A stretch of DNA of 64,000 bases from Verrucomicrobiota bacterium (GCA_029548565.1 JAKPNF010000079.1:2101-66100); one strand, 5' to 3'; positions 53,079 through 62,704 are shown, numbered from the stretch's first letter. Translations and numbers: made by a program. Notes: generated by a model not told the origin, from the letters alone.

Positions 53079-54788
53079 TTATTTGGAAGCCGACAAGGCG
53101 ATGTCGAGGTAGAACAACGGCGTGGGCTTGCCATTTTTCAAAATCACGGTGATCTCGTTCAGGCCGTCTTTGAGAAGTTTCACCGGAACCGTAAAAGCCT
53201 TGTAATTTTTGGGCGTGCCCAGCGCGGTGTCGTAGGGGTTTTTGTAAGGTTCGGAAACATCCGCATTGGGCACCAGTTCGACGCCGTTAATGGAAACGCT
53301 CCACTCAGTGTTCGTCAAATCATCAATGCTCTGGATGCGCAGGCGGCCGTCCTTGTTCCAGCCGCCTTCGGGCGGGGCCATGTCGAGCCACTGGGTCTGG
53401 GGTGTTTCACTGACAAATACATTCTGGAAAGGGCGCCCATCACGCGCGGGTTCGTTGTGGGCGTGCCCAAGAAAATAATACTGGTCTTGCTTTTTCACGT
53501 AGTCGGGATCGCGCAGCAGTTTGAACAGGTAGTACGGCGGTTCAAAATTTCCGCCGTGCGCGTCTGTTTCGTTGCGGGTGCTGCGGTAGTATTGGAAGTT
53601 GAAAAAGCTCAACCCGTCCACGCCGCGCGCGTAGGCCATGTGCGCGGCGGTGATGAGCGCCTGGTCGGTCGTGCGGCGAAAAATCCAGGAGATTTTCGCG
53701 TCCGCGGGCGCCGTGCCGGGTTCATAAATAAAATGTTTGCCCTCCTTTGTCTGGCCGACGGGCACCTTGTAATTTTGCTTGGCGCTGGCGTACACTTGCT
53801 CGGTGTAAACGGCGACGTTTTCCGGCAGCATTTTTTTGATCAGCGCGGCCTCGTTTTGCAAATTGGAATAACCGCTGCTGCTGACGTTGAACATGTCCAC
53901 GCCCGCCTCCGTGGCCAGACGCGCGGGATCGATACCGATCTTGTCCATCACATCGCGGTAGGCGGGAATGCGCAGGCACAAGTAACGGCGCTGCCCGGGC
54001 TTGGCGTGCTCGTCAATTTCCGCGCGCACTTCCTTCACAAAATCCGTGACGATGTCCGCGCGCTGCCCGCTCGTCGTGCGGAAAGGGTGAAAGAGCATCC
54101 AAAAGCGCATGAAGTCCAGCTCAATGCCATCGATATCCTTTTGCGCGAGCTCTTTTATAAACTGCATGCGATACGCGCGCACCTCGGGATGCACAAAGTC
54201 CAGCGCGTATTTTGTGCGCGAATCCGGGTCGGCCTCCTCGCCCAGACGAAACTGCGGGTTTTCGTCGAAAAATTGGGTGATAGCCATGCGTGTGGCGCGC
54301 TGTTCGGGATCCTCAATGCGGGCGTTGCCAAAATAGTGATGCCCGTCGTTCATGCGGTAAGTCGCAAAAACCACCTGCCCGCGCTTGTGCGCCTGCGCGG
54401 CGAAAGTATCGACCAGGTCGTTGCCGTCCAAAATATATTTTTGATAAGCGTTCGGATTTTGCCCCTTGCGCTTGAGCTGCCAGTCGGTGTGCGCTTTCAT
54501 CGGCAGCGCTTTGCTCTGCCACCACGGATCCCATCCCATGCCCGAGGCCATCATCAGCACATCCACGCCCCCGCAATCCGCCGTCTCGTTGACCGAGGCG
54601 ATGATCTTTTCAGTCGTGAATCCCTTGCCGTCCTTGTTGAACGCACTGACGGAACTCAGAATGTTCGTCGTGTCGTTGTTGTAAATAATCCTGAAGGGCG
54701 GCTTCTCTTTTTGCGCGGGCGCGTCCGCGTGTAAAAACGGCGACGCGAACGAACTTGCCAGTGCAAACAATGATGCGATTTTTTTCAT
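53079..54788 (-). CDS. Secreted GH-like TIM-barrel protein (paralogue family A, tandem copy)
   Basis: Signal peptide. PPFRIIYNNDTTNILSS, GVDVLMMASGMGWDPWW, IDGIELDFMRFW, GVDGLSFFNFQYYR. Collinear with 51337..53052. Confidence 0.8.
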   Translation of the reverse strand: MKKIASLFALASSFASPFLHADAPAQKEKPPFRIIYNNDTTNILSSVSAFNKDGKGFTTEKIIASVNETADCGGVDVLMMASGMGWDPWWQSKALPMKAHTDWQLKRKGQNPNAYQKYILDGNDLVDTFAAQAHKRGQVVFATYRMNDGHHYFGNARIEDPEQRATRMAITQFFDENPQFRLGEEADPDSRTKYALDFVHPEVRAYRMQFIKELAQKDIDGIELDFMRFWMLFHPFRTTSGQRADIVTDFVKEVRAEIDEHAKPGQRRYLCLRIPAYRDVMDKIGIDPARLATEAGVDMFNVSSSGYSNLQNEAALIKKMLPENVAVYTEQVYASAKQNYKVPVGQTKEGKHFIYEPGTAPADAKISWIFRRTTDQALITAAHMAYARGVDGLSFFNFQYYRSTRNETDAHGGNFEPPYYLFKLLRDPDYVKKQDQYYFLGHAHNEPARDGRPFQNVFVSETPQTQWLDMAPPEGGWNKDGRLRIQSIDDLTNTEWSVSINGVELVPNADVSEPYKNPYDTALGTPKNYKAFTVPVKLLKDGLNEITVILKNGKPTPLFYLDIALSASK

Positions 54789-55114
54789 ATTGGGTCTTGG
54801 GAGGGTGGCAGCCGAAGTGCGCGAATTTTGAAATAAGGGAAAAGATTACGCGCCGCTATAGTATTAGAATAAATACAATATAAGGTTCAAACGTGTCAAT
54901 CGAAAATGGGGGAAATAAAAATCAAAACGCACTTGGCAAACAATCATCGACAAAGGCAAAGGCCGGAAGTGACGCTGCCGGGTGCGTGGCGCGTCACTTC
55001 CAGCCAACACCCTAACAGGCCGGACGTTTCACGCGCGCACAAAAACCCTTCTTGCATTTATGCGCGCGCGAATCCCTAATGTCCAAGCCTGAAATCATTT
55101 CAATCGGCCCTTGT

Positions 55115-56368
55115 TTAGCGACCCTCGTTAAATTCCTGCACCGCCGCGAACGCGGCGATGATGTTCTGCGGGGGCACCTCCGGCATGATGTTGTGTGTTT
55201 GCTGGAAGACAAAACCTCCGCCTTTTGAAAAAGCCTCGCACTGGCGCAGGACATGTTCGCGCACCTGCGCGGGTGTGCCGCGCGGCAAAATGTCGCGCGT
55301 GTCGCAACCGCCGCCCCAGAAGGTGATTTTATTGGCGTACTTTTTCTTGAGTGAATCGGCGTCCATGCCCACGCAGGTGATTTGCACGGGGTTGACACTG
55401 TCCAACCCGGCCTCGATCATGTCGGGCAAGATCGCGTCGATCGACCCGCAGGAATGCAGGTTGGTTTTGGCATTGCTACGTTCGTGCACCATCGCCCACA
55501 TCTTCTTTTGCACGGGCAAAAAATAGCGACGATACATATCCGGAGACATCAACGGCCCGGACTGCCCGCCAAAATCGTCGACAAACAACACCACGTCCAC
55601 GCTTTGCCCAAAGGCGTCGAGCCACACCGCCAAATCCGCCAGGTGACGATCGCCAATCTTGTGAATGAGCGCCTCGTACTCGTCGGGGCACGCGCTCATC
55701 TGGACAAGGTCGTTCTCCATACCAAAGAGCCAGTGCGTCACCTCGAACAAGCTGCCGCCAAACGCGCCGACGACCGCGCGGTCGGTCGACTTGTAAAAAT
55801 CCGCCGCCTGCCGCGCGTAGGGCGCCAGCGCTTCAGGCGTCATGTCCGGCTCGCTTCCCGGCGGCGGCGTGCCGCTCATCGAGCCGCTGGCCCACGCCTC
55901 AAACGGCGCGTCGATACCGTCCTCCAGGTCATAATCGGCAAAGGGCTGGTTGACGCGCTCGAACTGCAGGGCACCTCTCACCTGGACGGCGCGCAGCTCG
56001 CCCGTTTTCATGTTGTGAATAAAATTCTCGCCGTCTTCGCTGCGCACATCGAGGTAGGCGGGAATTTTGCAGGGGGTGCCGTCCGGCAGCGTCCATTCTT
56101 TCCAGTCCTCCTCCCTTAAACAAAAGGCGCGGCCCAATTCGATCGTATCCACGCCAAAAACCGCGAGCACCTCCCGCTCCACGATCGCCAACTGCCCCAT
56201 CACATCGTAGACATAAATGTCACCCGAAGTGATGCCCAGAGCCCGCTTGAGCTTCGCATAAGCAAGCGCCGAAATGGCGGAGGAACGATGCCCGCCCAAG
56301 TCGATGGGCACAGGCCCTTCCTTGAAATTCATGGCGTCCAAAACGCGCTGACGGGAAGTGTGTTTCAT
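55115..56368 (-). CDS. Uroporphyrinogen-decarboxylase (URO-D/MtaA-like) family protein
   Basis: The N-terminal SRQRVLDAMNFKEGPVPIDLGG and the C-terminal FVFQQTHNIMPEVPPQNIIA are typical of the URO-D fold family. No signal peptide. Confidence 0.6.
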   Translation of the reverse strand: MKHTSRQRVLDAMNFKEGPVPIDLGGHRSSAISALAYAKLKRALGITSGDIYVYDVMGQLAIVEREVLAVFGVDTIELGRAFCLREEDWKEWTLPDGTPCKIPAYLDVRSEDGENFIHNMKTGELRAVQVRGALQFERVNQPFADYDLEDGIDAPFEAWASGSMSGTPPPGSEPDMTPEALAPYARQAADFYKSTDRAVVGAFGGSLFEVTHWLFGMENDLVQMSACPDEYEALIHKIGDRHLADLAVWLDAFGQSVDVVLFVDDFGGQSGPLMSPDMYRRYFLPVQKKMWAMVHERSNAKTNLHSCGSIDAILPDMIEAGLDSVNPVQITCVGMDADSLKKKYANKITFWGGGCDTRDILPRGTPAQVREHVLRQCEAFSKGGGFVFQQTHNIMPEVPPQNIIAAFAAVQEFNEGR

Positions 56369-56455
56369 TGAGTAAAAGCGAATGCGGTTTTAAACCAAAT
56401 CTCACTATTTGTTTTTAGGCAAAAACGCCGGCAATGACATTTTTTTCGCCCTTCT

Positions 56456-56487
56456 AAAAAGCCGCCAAAATTAATCGGCGGCTTTTC
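56456..56487. terminator. Bidirectional intrinsic terminator downstream of the PEP-CTERM gene
   Basis: AAAAA-GCCGCC (56461-56466), loop, GGCGGC (56477-56482), then TTTTC. On the minus strand the stem is followed by TTTTT. Confidence 0.7.
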
Positions 56488-56505
56488 TTAAAGCGCAGTT
56501 CAAAA

Positions 56506-57738
56506 TTATTTCCGTCGCCGCGCCGCAAACGCGAGCGCCAACGCTCCCAGCATCGCCGCGCACAACGCGGGTTCGGGAATGCCTTTGTAGGTGACATCGA
56601 TCGTCAATCCGTTCGCGCCCCAGACAAGCGAGCCGACACTGAACAGCGACTCGTCGACACCGATAACGCTATACACCGCCGACGCACCGTGCGTCTGAGT
56701 CGTGTAGCTAACCAACGTGATCGTGATGGTGTCGCCCGCGTCGGCGTCGGCCCAGGCCGAGAAATTCTCGAAGTTGATGACAAGTTCGGTGGTGGCATTG
56801 TCGACGACCTCAAACCTGCCGTTGACATCCACTATTTTCTTATTCTCCCAATCGGCCGCCGTGTAACCGGCAATACCGTCGACATCCAGCGTCAATGTCG
56901 CCTTGCTGGCAAGACGCAACATGGTGCTTGTCGTGGCGTTGGAGCCGCCCACGTGCATCGTGTCCATCTTGGAACTGACGGTGAATTCCGCCTTGTAGTC
57001 GCCAGTCGTCGCGGTGGCCGTGCCCAGACATAGTTCTCCGGCGATGGTAAAGGTACCGCCGTAAAGCATTCCGTAGGCACGGGCATACATGTTGGCGGCG
57101 CCACCGGCAGCAAATCCTATATTGCTGGCGGTTAGCGCGCTGCTGAAAGTGCCCGAATTCATGATGAAGGTCGCGGTCTGGCTGCCGGTGTTTTGAGAGG
57201 CAAACTGAACCTGCTGAGCGGCCGAGGATGAAATGTAAAAAGCCCCGCCATCGATCTGCAACAAGCCATTGCTGCTGAGGCTGACATTTGTGTTGGTAAC
57301 ACCGCCCACACACAACGGAACAAAGCCGGTATACCCCTGGCTGGCGTACACACTGGCTCCCGTGGATATCATCATTGCCCCCGTGCCGCCCGCACCGATG
57401 TAGGTGCGTTCACCCAGCGTCAGCGAAAACGCGGAAACACCCGCACCTCCCACCACCAAGACGCCGGTGCTGCCCGTCCCCCCGATGTTGAGGCGGCTTG
57501 TGGTAAAGCCAAGCTCGGTGGTTAAAGAAAGACTTACAGCGTTTGTCGTTCTGGATGTGCTCGTGATGAAGATATTGTCACCAGCGGCGGGTTTGGTGTT
57601 TTGGTACCAGTTCGAATCCGTCATCCAATCGCCACTGCCAATGGCGACGCGGTCAGCCGCAAACAACGGCGCAGCCAACACGCACACAAAAAGCGCAAGG
57701 CAAGGCAAGGGAACCAGGAGGGTAACTAATTTTTTCAT
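56506..57738 (-). CDS. PEP-CTERM sorting-domain surface protein
   Basis: Signal peptide MKKLVTLLVPLPCLALFVCVLAAPLFA (start at Met 57738). The C-terminus GIPEPALCAAMLGALALAFAARRRK has a PEP motif, a TM segment and a basic tail. Confidence 0.8.
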   Translation of the reverse strand: MKKLVTLLVPLPCLALFVCVLAAPLFAADRVAIGSGDWMTDSNWYQNTKPAAGDNIFITSTSRTTNAVSLSLTTELGFTTSRLNIGGTGSTGVLVVGGAGVSAFSLTLGERTYIGAGGTGAMMISTGASVYASQGYTGFVPLCVGGVTNTNVSLSSNGLLQIDGGAFYISSSAAQQVQFASQNTGSQTATFIMNSGTFSSALTASNIGFAAGGAANMYARAYGMLYGGTFTIAGELCLGTATATTGDYKAEFTVSSKMDTMHVGGSNATTSTMLRLASKATLTLDVDGIAGYTAADWENKKIVDVNGRFEVVDNATTELVINFENFSAWADADAGDTITITLVSYTTQTHGASAVYSVIGVDESLFSVGSLVWGANGLTIDVTYKGIPEPALCAAMLGALALAFAARRRK

Positions 57739-57953
57739 AATCGTGCGAAGTAGGGTTAAGGATGGAAGAAAAATCCGAAAGGAATCTTTATTGTCTCTAT
57801 AAAAAGACAAAAAAGAAAACGAGTCAACGAATTTTTATCAAAAAATACATAACATATTATTTATTATATGATTAAAATTTCACAGAAGGCGAAATTCTTG
57901 CATTTGCAGAGATACAAAAAAGAAAATTCATGACGCATCCGCAGACAGCGGCG

Positions 57954-57982
57954 TTTACACGGGCGCGGCGGCGGCGTATAAT
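57954..57982 (+). promoter_or_regulatory. Near-consensus sigma70-type promoter placed for a leaderless tlyA mRNA
   Basis: TTTACA (57954-57959), 17 nt spacer, TATAAT (57977-57982). The tlyA ATG at 57992 lies 9 nt after the -10 box. Confidence 0.5.
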
Positions 57983-57991
57983 GGGCGCCGG

Positions 57992-58774
57992 ATGCAAAAA
58001 CCAAAACGCACACGTGCCGACGAGCTGCTCGTCGAAAAAGGGCTGGCCGAAAGCCGCTCGCAAGCCCGCGCGCTTATTTTGGCGGGCAAGGTGCGCACGG
58101 GGCCGGATGCCGTCGTCTCCAAGGCAGGGCAACTGCTTGAGCCGGACACAAATTTTATCATCAAACAGCCCCCGCGCTATGTCAGCCGCGGCGCGGAAAA
58201 ACTCGAGGGCTTTTTTGCGGCCTTTGCACACGATGTGACGGGCGCGCTGACACTCGACGTGGGCGCGTCGACGGGCGGTTTTACGGATTACTTGTTACAG
58301 CACGGCGCGCGCGAAGCCACCTGCGTCGATGTCGGGCGCGGGCAGTTGCACGCGCGTTTGAGAAACGACCCGCGCGTCAAAAATTTTGAAAAGGTCAACG
58401 CCCGCGAGCTCGACCAGACCGCCCTGCCCCACGAGCAGTACGACGTGGTGGTGATGGACTTGTCCTTCATTTCGCTCAAGCGCGTGCTGGAGCCCGTGTG
58501 GAAGCGTCTGAAGCCCGGCGGCATCCTCGTCGCGCTGGTCAAACCGCAGTTCGAGGCCGACCGCCAGGCCGTCTCCAAAGGCAAAGGCGTCATCCGCGAC
58601 GACGCTTTGCGCACGCAAATTCTGGAAGAAATAAAAACCTTCGCGCTCGAAAACCTGCCCCACGCCCACATCATCGGCCACACCGAATCCCCCATCGCCG
58701 GAGCCGACGGCAACCGCGAATTTTTACTGGGCTTGAAAAAGAAACCCCTCAGCGAAACTTCACCCGCGCGATGA
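57992..58774 (+). CDS. tlyA: TlyA-family rRNA 2'-O-ribose methyltransferase (S4 domain + FtsJ-like)
   Basis: The S4-like N-terminus RADELLVEKGLAESRSQARALILAGKV and the SAM motif LDVGASTGGFTDYLLQHGA. Confidence 0.85.
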   Translation: MQKPKRTRADELLVEKGLAESRSQARALILAGKVRTGPDAVVSKAGQLLEPDTNFIIKQPPRYVSRGAEKLEGFFAAFAHDVTGALTLDVGASTGGFTDYLLQHGAREATCVDVGRGQLHARLRNDPRVKNFEKVNARELDQTALPHEQYDVVVMDLSFISLKRVLEPVWKRLKPGGILVALVKPQFEADRQAVSKGKGVIRDDALRTQILEEIKTFALENLPHAHIIGHTESPIAGADGNREFLLGLKKKPLSETSPAR

Positions 58775-59915
58775 GGGCGACGGCCAGCAGGCTCAGGGCA
58801 ATCAGCAGGAAGGAGAAGATCAGCGAGGTGCCCTGCGCCACAAAGCCGACGATCGCCGGGCCCGCCAGGATGCCGAGATAGCCGATCGTGCTCACGCTGG
58901 CCACGGCCAGGCTCAGCGGCATTTCTTTTTGCTTTCCGGTCATGACGTAAAAAACAGGCACCACATTGGAAAGCCCCACGCCCACCAGCGCGAAGCCCGC
59001 CAGCCCCGCCCATTCCCACGGCAGCAGCGCCGCCAGCGCGTAACCGGCGCAGCCCAGCGCCGCGCCCACAAACACCACGGCTCGCGCGCCGATCGTGTGC
59101 ACCCAGCGGTCACCCGTCAGGCGGCCGATCGTCATCGTCACGGAAAAGGCGGCGTAGCCCCAGCCCGCGTGCGAGTGCGGCGCACCGCGCTGCTCGATCA
59201 AAAAGACGCCGCTCCAATCCAGCATCGCCCCTTCCGCCAGAAAAACGCAAAAGCACAAAATACCGATCAGCAGCACGATCCCCCGAGGCCGCACCCACAG
59301 GGGGCCCTGCGATTTTTGCCCGTACGGCAAGGCGCCGCAAACGCTCAGCAGCATCAGCAGCGCCAAAAACAAAACGACCGCCAACGCCGCGGTGTTCAGT
59401 GAAAGCCCGCACGCGAAAAGCGCGCTCATGCCGCCGGCGCCCAAAACCCCGCCCAATGAAAAGAAGCCGTGGCAGCTCGAGATGACCGGGCGCGGGAAAG
59501 CGTTTTGCACCTGGACGGACTGCACATTCATCGCCACTTCCGACCCGCCGAGCATCGCGCCAAAAAGCAGCAGCGAGCACGCCAGCGCGGCGACCGACGG
59601 GGCGACGGCCAGCAGGTAAAGCGACACGATCATCGTGAAGCCGAAAACGCCGATCACTTTGCGGCAGCCGAATTTTCCCGTGAGCATCCCGGACAGCGGC
59701 ATCATCACAATCGACCCGCCGCCTATGTACAGCAGCAGCAGCCCCAGCGTGCTTTCGCTCAAGGAGAGGTTCGCCTTCACCAGCGGCACCATCGCCGCCC
59801 AAGTGGCCCCCGCAAAACCGGCGACCAAAAAGACCAGCCGCGTGGCGTTCAAGTTCCATGCGCTAACAGAGGGATCGCGCGGTGTTTGCATAAAGCGCCA
59901 GTGTACACCATGCAA
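58749..59915 (-). CDS. MFS transporter
   Basis: About 12 hydrophobic segments. An alternative start is at 59891. The 3' end overlaps the tlyA 3' end by 26 nt (convergent). Confidence 0.75.
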   Translation of the reverse strand: MHGVHWRFMQTPRDPSVSAWNLNATRLVFLVAGFAGATWAAMVPLVKANLSLSESTLGLLLLYIGGGSIVMMPLSGMLTGKFGCRKVIGVFGFTMIVSLYLLAVAPSVAALACSLLLFGAMLGGSEVAMNVQSVQVQNAFPRPVISSCHGFFSLGGVLGAGGMSALFACGLSLNTAALAVVLFLALLMLLSVCGALPYGQKSQGPLWVRPRGIVLLIGILCFCVFLAEGAMLDWSGVFLIEQRGAPHSHAGWGYAAFSVTMTIGRLTGDRWVHTIGARAVVFVGAALGCAGYALAALLPWEWAGLAGFALVGVGLSNVVPVFYVMTGKQKEMPLSLAVASVSTIGYLGILAGPAIVGFVAQGTSLIFSFLLIALSLLAVALIARVKFR

Positions 59916-59934
59916 AAAAATTCCTCTAGTCTTT

Positions 59935-61209
59935 TTACTTCGCGCGCTCGCGGGCGGACTGGATTTGCTTTTTCCAATAATCCCAATTGTCCTCTATGAC
60001 GGCCATCACGGGCTTGGGTTTCCAGCCTCCCTTATAAAGGGAAAAATCACCGCCGCAGGAAAGGTCGGCGAACTCCCAGCCGAACTGTGTGCCTTGCGCA
60101 AGCGTGTTTTTTAAAAGCGCACGCACTTCGGCGGGTTTGAAGTCGGAGCCGTTGAGCGTCATGTGTTCGCTGATCGCCCAGTCTTTTTTCAGCGTTTTCA
60201 TCGCCGCGCGCACACGGCGGTAGGCCTTGTCGTTCGGGCTGCGCGTGACGATGTGCCAGTGCCAGTTTACCTGAATGATGTCCGCGTCTTTGAGCCCTTC
60301 CAAAAACAGCATGGGATCGCCCACGCGCGCGGCCATTGTGCCCTCGTCGGCGTCGAGGTAATCGACCGCCATCCAGGTGTGCTTGTCGCCAAGGTTTTGA
60401 CGAAAGGCCGCGATGTCGCCGCTGACCCACGCCGCCAGATGCTCGGCGCGAAAACGGTTCCAATAGGGGTTTTTTATAAAATTTTTGTCTACCGGGAAAC
60501 TGCGGGGGAACATGGGCGCGCCCGGGTTTCTTGCGCGCCATTTTTCGTAGGCCGCGCGGGCGGACGGGCCGTAGTCCAGCTGGCGCGTTCCCATGTACTG
60601 CGGCTCGACCGTTGTCTCGCAGTACAAAAAATCCTTGTCCGCCAGCCCCGCGGCCAAGTTGGCGATAAAGCGGCGCGAGGCGGCGAGGTAATTTTCATCA
60701 AACAACGAGGGCACGATGGAATTGAACCCGTACTCGGTGTCGCGCACCGCCCTGCCCTCGGAATCGACGGCGACGGCCTCGGGGTGCTTTTTCCAAAAGG
60801 CTTCCGGCAACGCACCGCCGCCCACCGCGTAGGTTTCCACGCTCAAGGAGGCGAACATACCCTGCGTCTGAATCGCGTCGATCAAACGGCGCAACGGCTC
60901 GAGCGAATGCGCGATGCTGCCGTCGCCCGCAGTGTCGAAGTGGTGCCAGTAACAGTTCAGCTCCAGATTTGTGTAACCCTTGGCCTTGAGCAAGGCCAAG
61001 TCCGCGATCAGTTGGTCAACCTGCGCGGCGTCGGCGAAATTGCGCAGCGGCTTGCCCGTTTTCATGAACCGCCACTGCCCGTCGACGTACAGCGCGCCGT
61101 TTTTCAGCTCGCAGTGTTTGCCGTTGATCACGCGCTCGGAGGCAAGCGCGCATACAAGACCCGCCCACAAAATGAAGGCTACCGGCAGGAATTTTTGCAA
61201 GGGGTTCAT
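59935..61209 (-). CDS. Secreted GH-like protein (paralogue family B)
   Basis: Start at Met 61209 gives the signal peptide MNPLQKFLPVAFILWAGLVCALA. RVINGKHCELKNGALYVDGQWRFMK, GYTNLELNCYWHHFD. Collinear with 62705..63973. Confidence 0.75.
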   Translation of the reverse strand: MNPLQKFLPVAFILWAGLVCALASERVINGKHCELKNGALYVDGQWRFMKTGKPLRNFADAAQVDQLIADLALLKAKGYTNLELNCYWHHFDTAGDGSIAHSLEPLRRLIDAIQTQGMFASLSVETYAVGGGALPEAFWKKHPEAVAVDSEGRAVRDTEYGFNSIVPSLFDENYLAASRRFIANLAAGLADKDFLYCETTVEPQYMGTRQLDYGPSARAAYEKWRARNPGAPMFPRSFPVDKNFIKNPYWNRFRAEHLAAWVSGDIAAFRQNLGDKHTWMAVDYLDADEGTMAARVGDPMLFLEGLKDADIIQVNWHWHIVTRSPNDKAYRRVRAAMKTLKKDWAISEHMTLNGSDFKPAEVRALLKNTLAQGTQFGWEFADLSCGGDFSLYKGGWKPKPVMAVIEDNWDYWKKQIQSARERAK

Positions 61210-61232
61210 TTTTTTATCGCACCTTGAAATTC

Positions 61233-62663
61233 CTACCTGCCAGAGGGCAGGTAAGGCGGCCACAGGGGATCGGCCAACTGCGCGTTCCATTGGTCATAGA
61301 GGTCTCGCAGTTCCCTGACTTTTTCGGGATATTCCGCGGCCAGGTCGGTGGCCTCGCCGATATCCTCGGCCAGATTAAAAAGCCGCATTTGGCCGACGGG
61401 TGCGATCTGAGGGCTTTGCCCCGCGAGGTTCTTTCCTTCCCTGCCTTGAACGAGCTTCCAGTCGCCGTGGCGCACCGCCCATTGCGGGCCGAAGCGCCAA
61501 TAAAGCGTCTCATGCGGGCCGGTGCTGTTTTTGCCCGACAGGTACGGCAGCAGGTCGACGCCGTCGAGCTTGCAGTGCGGATCGATTTTTCCGGCGGCGG
61601 CGACAATGGCCGTGGGCAGGATATCCAACGAACTGACCGGATGGCGGAACACGTCGCCGCCGTTGAGAGTGCCCTTCCACTGAACCAGCAGCGGTGTGCG
61701 GATGCCGCCTTCCCACACGTCGCCCTTCTTGCCGCGCAACGGCAGGTTGCAGGCCGAAAATTTGTGCCCGCCGTTGTCGCTGAGGAAAAAAATCAGCGTG
61801 TCTTCACGTCCTGTTTCCTGCAGGCTCTGCAGTACGCGGCCGATGCCGTCGTCCATCGCCGAGGTCATCGCCGCGTAGAGGCGGCGGTTTTTTTCTTCCT
61901 GGGTTTCTTTGCGCCCGCTCTCTTTTTTGGGAAAGCGCGCGAGGTACTTTTCGGGCGCCTGCAGGGGCATGTGGACGGCCTGGTAAGCCAGATAGAGAAA
62001 AAACGGCTCGTCCTTGTGCCGCCGGATGAAATCCACTGCGCGGTCCGTCAGGTCGTCGGTGCCGTAATAGCCCTCCTTGGGAGGCGGCGGGCGGCTCAGC
62101 GTGTCCACAGGCGGCGGTTCCTTGTATCTGGGCTGTTCCGGGTGGCCGTAGAATTCGTCGAAACCGCGCTGGGTCGGCAGGAACTGCGCTTCGAATCCCA
62201 CGTGCCATTTGCCCAGCGCGCCGGTGACGTAGCCCAGCGCCTTGAGGCGGTCGGCGATGGTCTTTTGCGCGGCAGGCAATCCCATCTTCGCGGCGCAGTC
62301 GGCCGGCACGCGAATGTCGCACAAAAACTCGAAGCCGTAACGCTGCTGGTAACGGCCGGTCAACAGGCCAGCGCGCGAAGGCGAGCAAACAGGACTCGTT
62401 ATGTATGCGTCCGTAAAGCGGACGCCATTGCGAGCCAGCGAGTCGATGTGCGGCGTGGGGATGTCCTTGCAGCCATACGCGCCGGTATCCTGATAGCCGA
62501 GGTCGTCGGCCAGAATGACGATGATGTTGGGCTTGCGGGCCGGTGAAGACTCCAAAGCAGACGCCTCGGCGGCGCCGGCAGTTGTACAGCAAAGGCTCAG
62601 CACGGATATTCCGGCGTCGCACAAAAAGCGGCGTCGCGGCATTGCGTTGTGTTTTTTGATCAT
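61233..62663 (-). CDS. Formylglycine-dependent sulfatase (arylsulfatase family S1)
   Basis: Signal peptide, the sulfatase signature SPVCSPSRAGLLTGRY, and GKWHVG. Confidence 0.9.
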   Translation of the reverse strand: MIKKHNAMPRRRFLCDAGISVLSLCCTTAGAAEASALESSPARKPNIIVILADDLGYQDTGAYGCKDIPTPHIDSLARNGVRFTDAYITSPVCSPSRAGLLTGRYQQRYGFEFLCDIRVPADCAAKMGLPAAQKTIADRLKALGYVTGALGKWHVGFEAQFLPTQRGFDEFYGHPEQPRYKEPPPVDTLSRPPPPKEGYYGTDDLTDRAVDFIRRHKDEPFFLYLAYQAVHMPLQAPEKYLARFPKKESGRKETQEEKNRRLYAAMTSAMDDGIGRVLQSLQETGREDTLIFFLSDNGGHKFSACNLPLRGKKGDVWEGGIRTPLLVQWKGTLNGGDVFRHPVSSLDILPTAIVAAAGKIDPHCKLDGVDLLPYLSGKNSTGPHETLYWRFGPQWAVRHGDWKLVQGREGKNLAGQSPQIAPVGQMRLFNLAEDIGEATDLAAEYPEKVRELRDLYDQWNAQLADPLWPPYLPSGR

Positions 62664-62704
62664 GGGTAGATTTTAATCAAGTTGGAATTTTCTCGAAAAC
62701 ACCT

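Noticed and set aside
51238-54734. Two very long plus-strand ORFs (612 and 558 aa) opposite the GH-like tandem pair
   Set aside because: They mirror the minus-strand genes, which have signal peptides and three-way paralogue conservation. The plus-strand translations are Arg/Val/His-rich with no motifs, so I treat them as shadow ORFs.
55012-55398. 128-aa minus-strand ORF overlapping the 3' end of the URO-D-family gene
   Set aside because: It is out of frame with a longer, family-consistent gene and is Arg/Ser/Cys-rich with no motifs.
58749-58774. 26-nt convergent overlap of the tlyA and MFS transporter 3' ends, as a possible sign of a mis-called gene end or frameshift
   Set aside because: Both reading frames look intact up to their stops (TlyA domain complete; last MFS helix complete). 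Short convergent overlaps are common in compact genomes.
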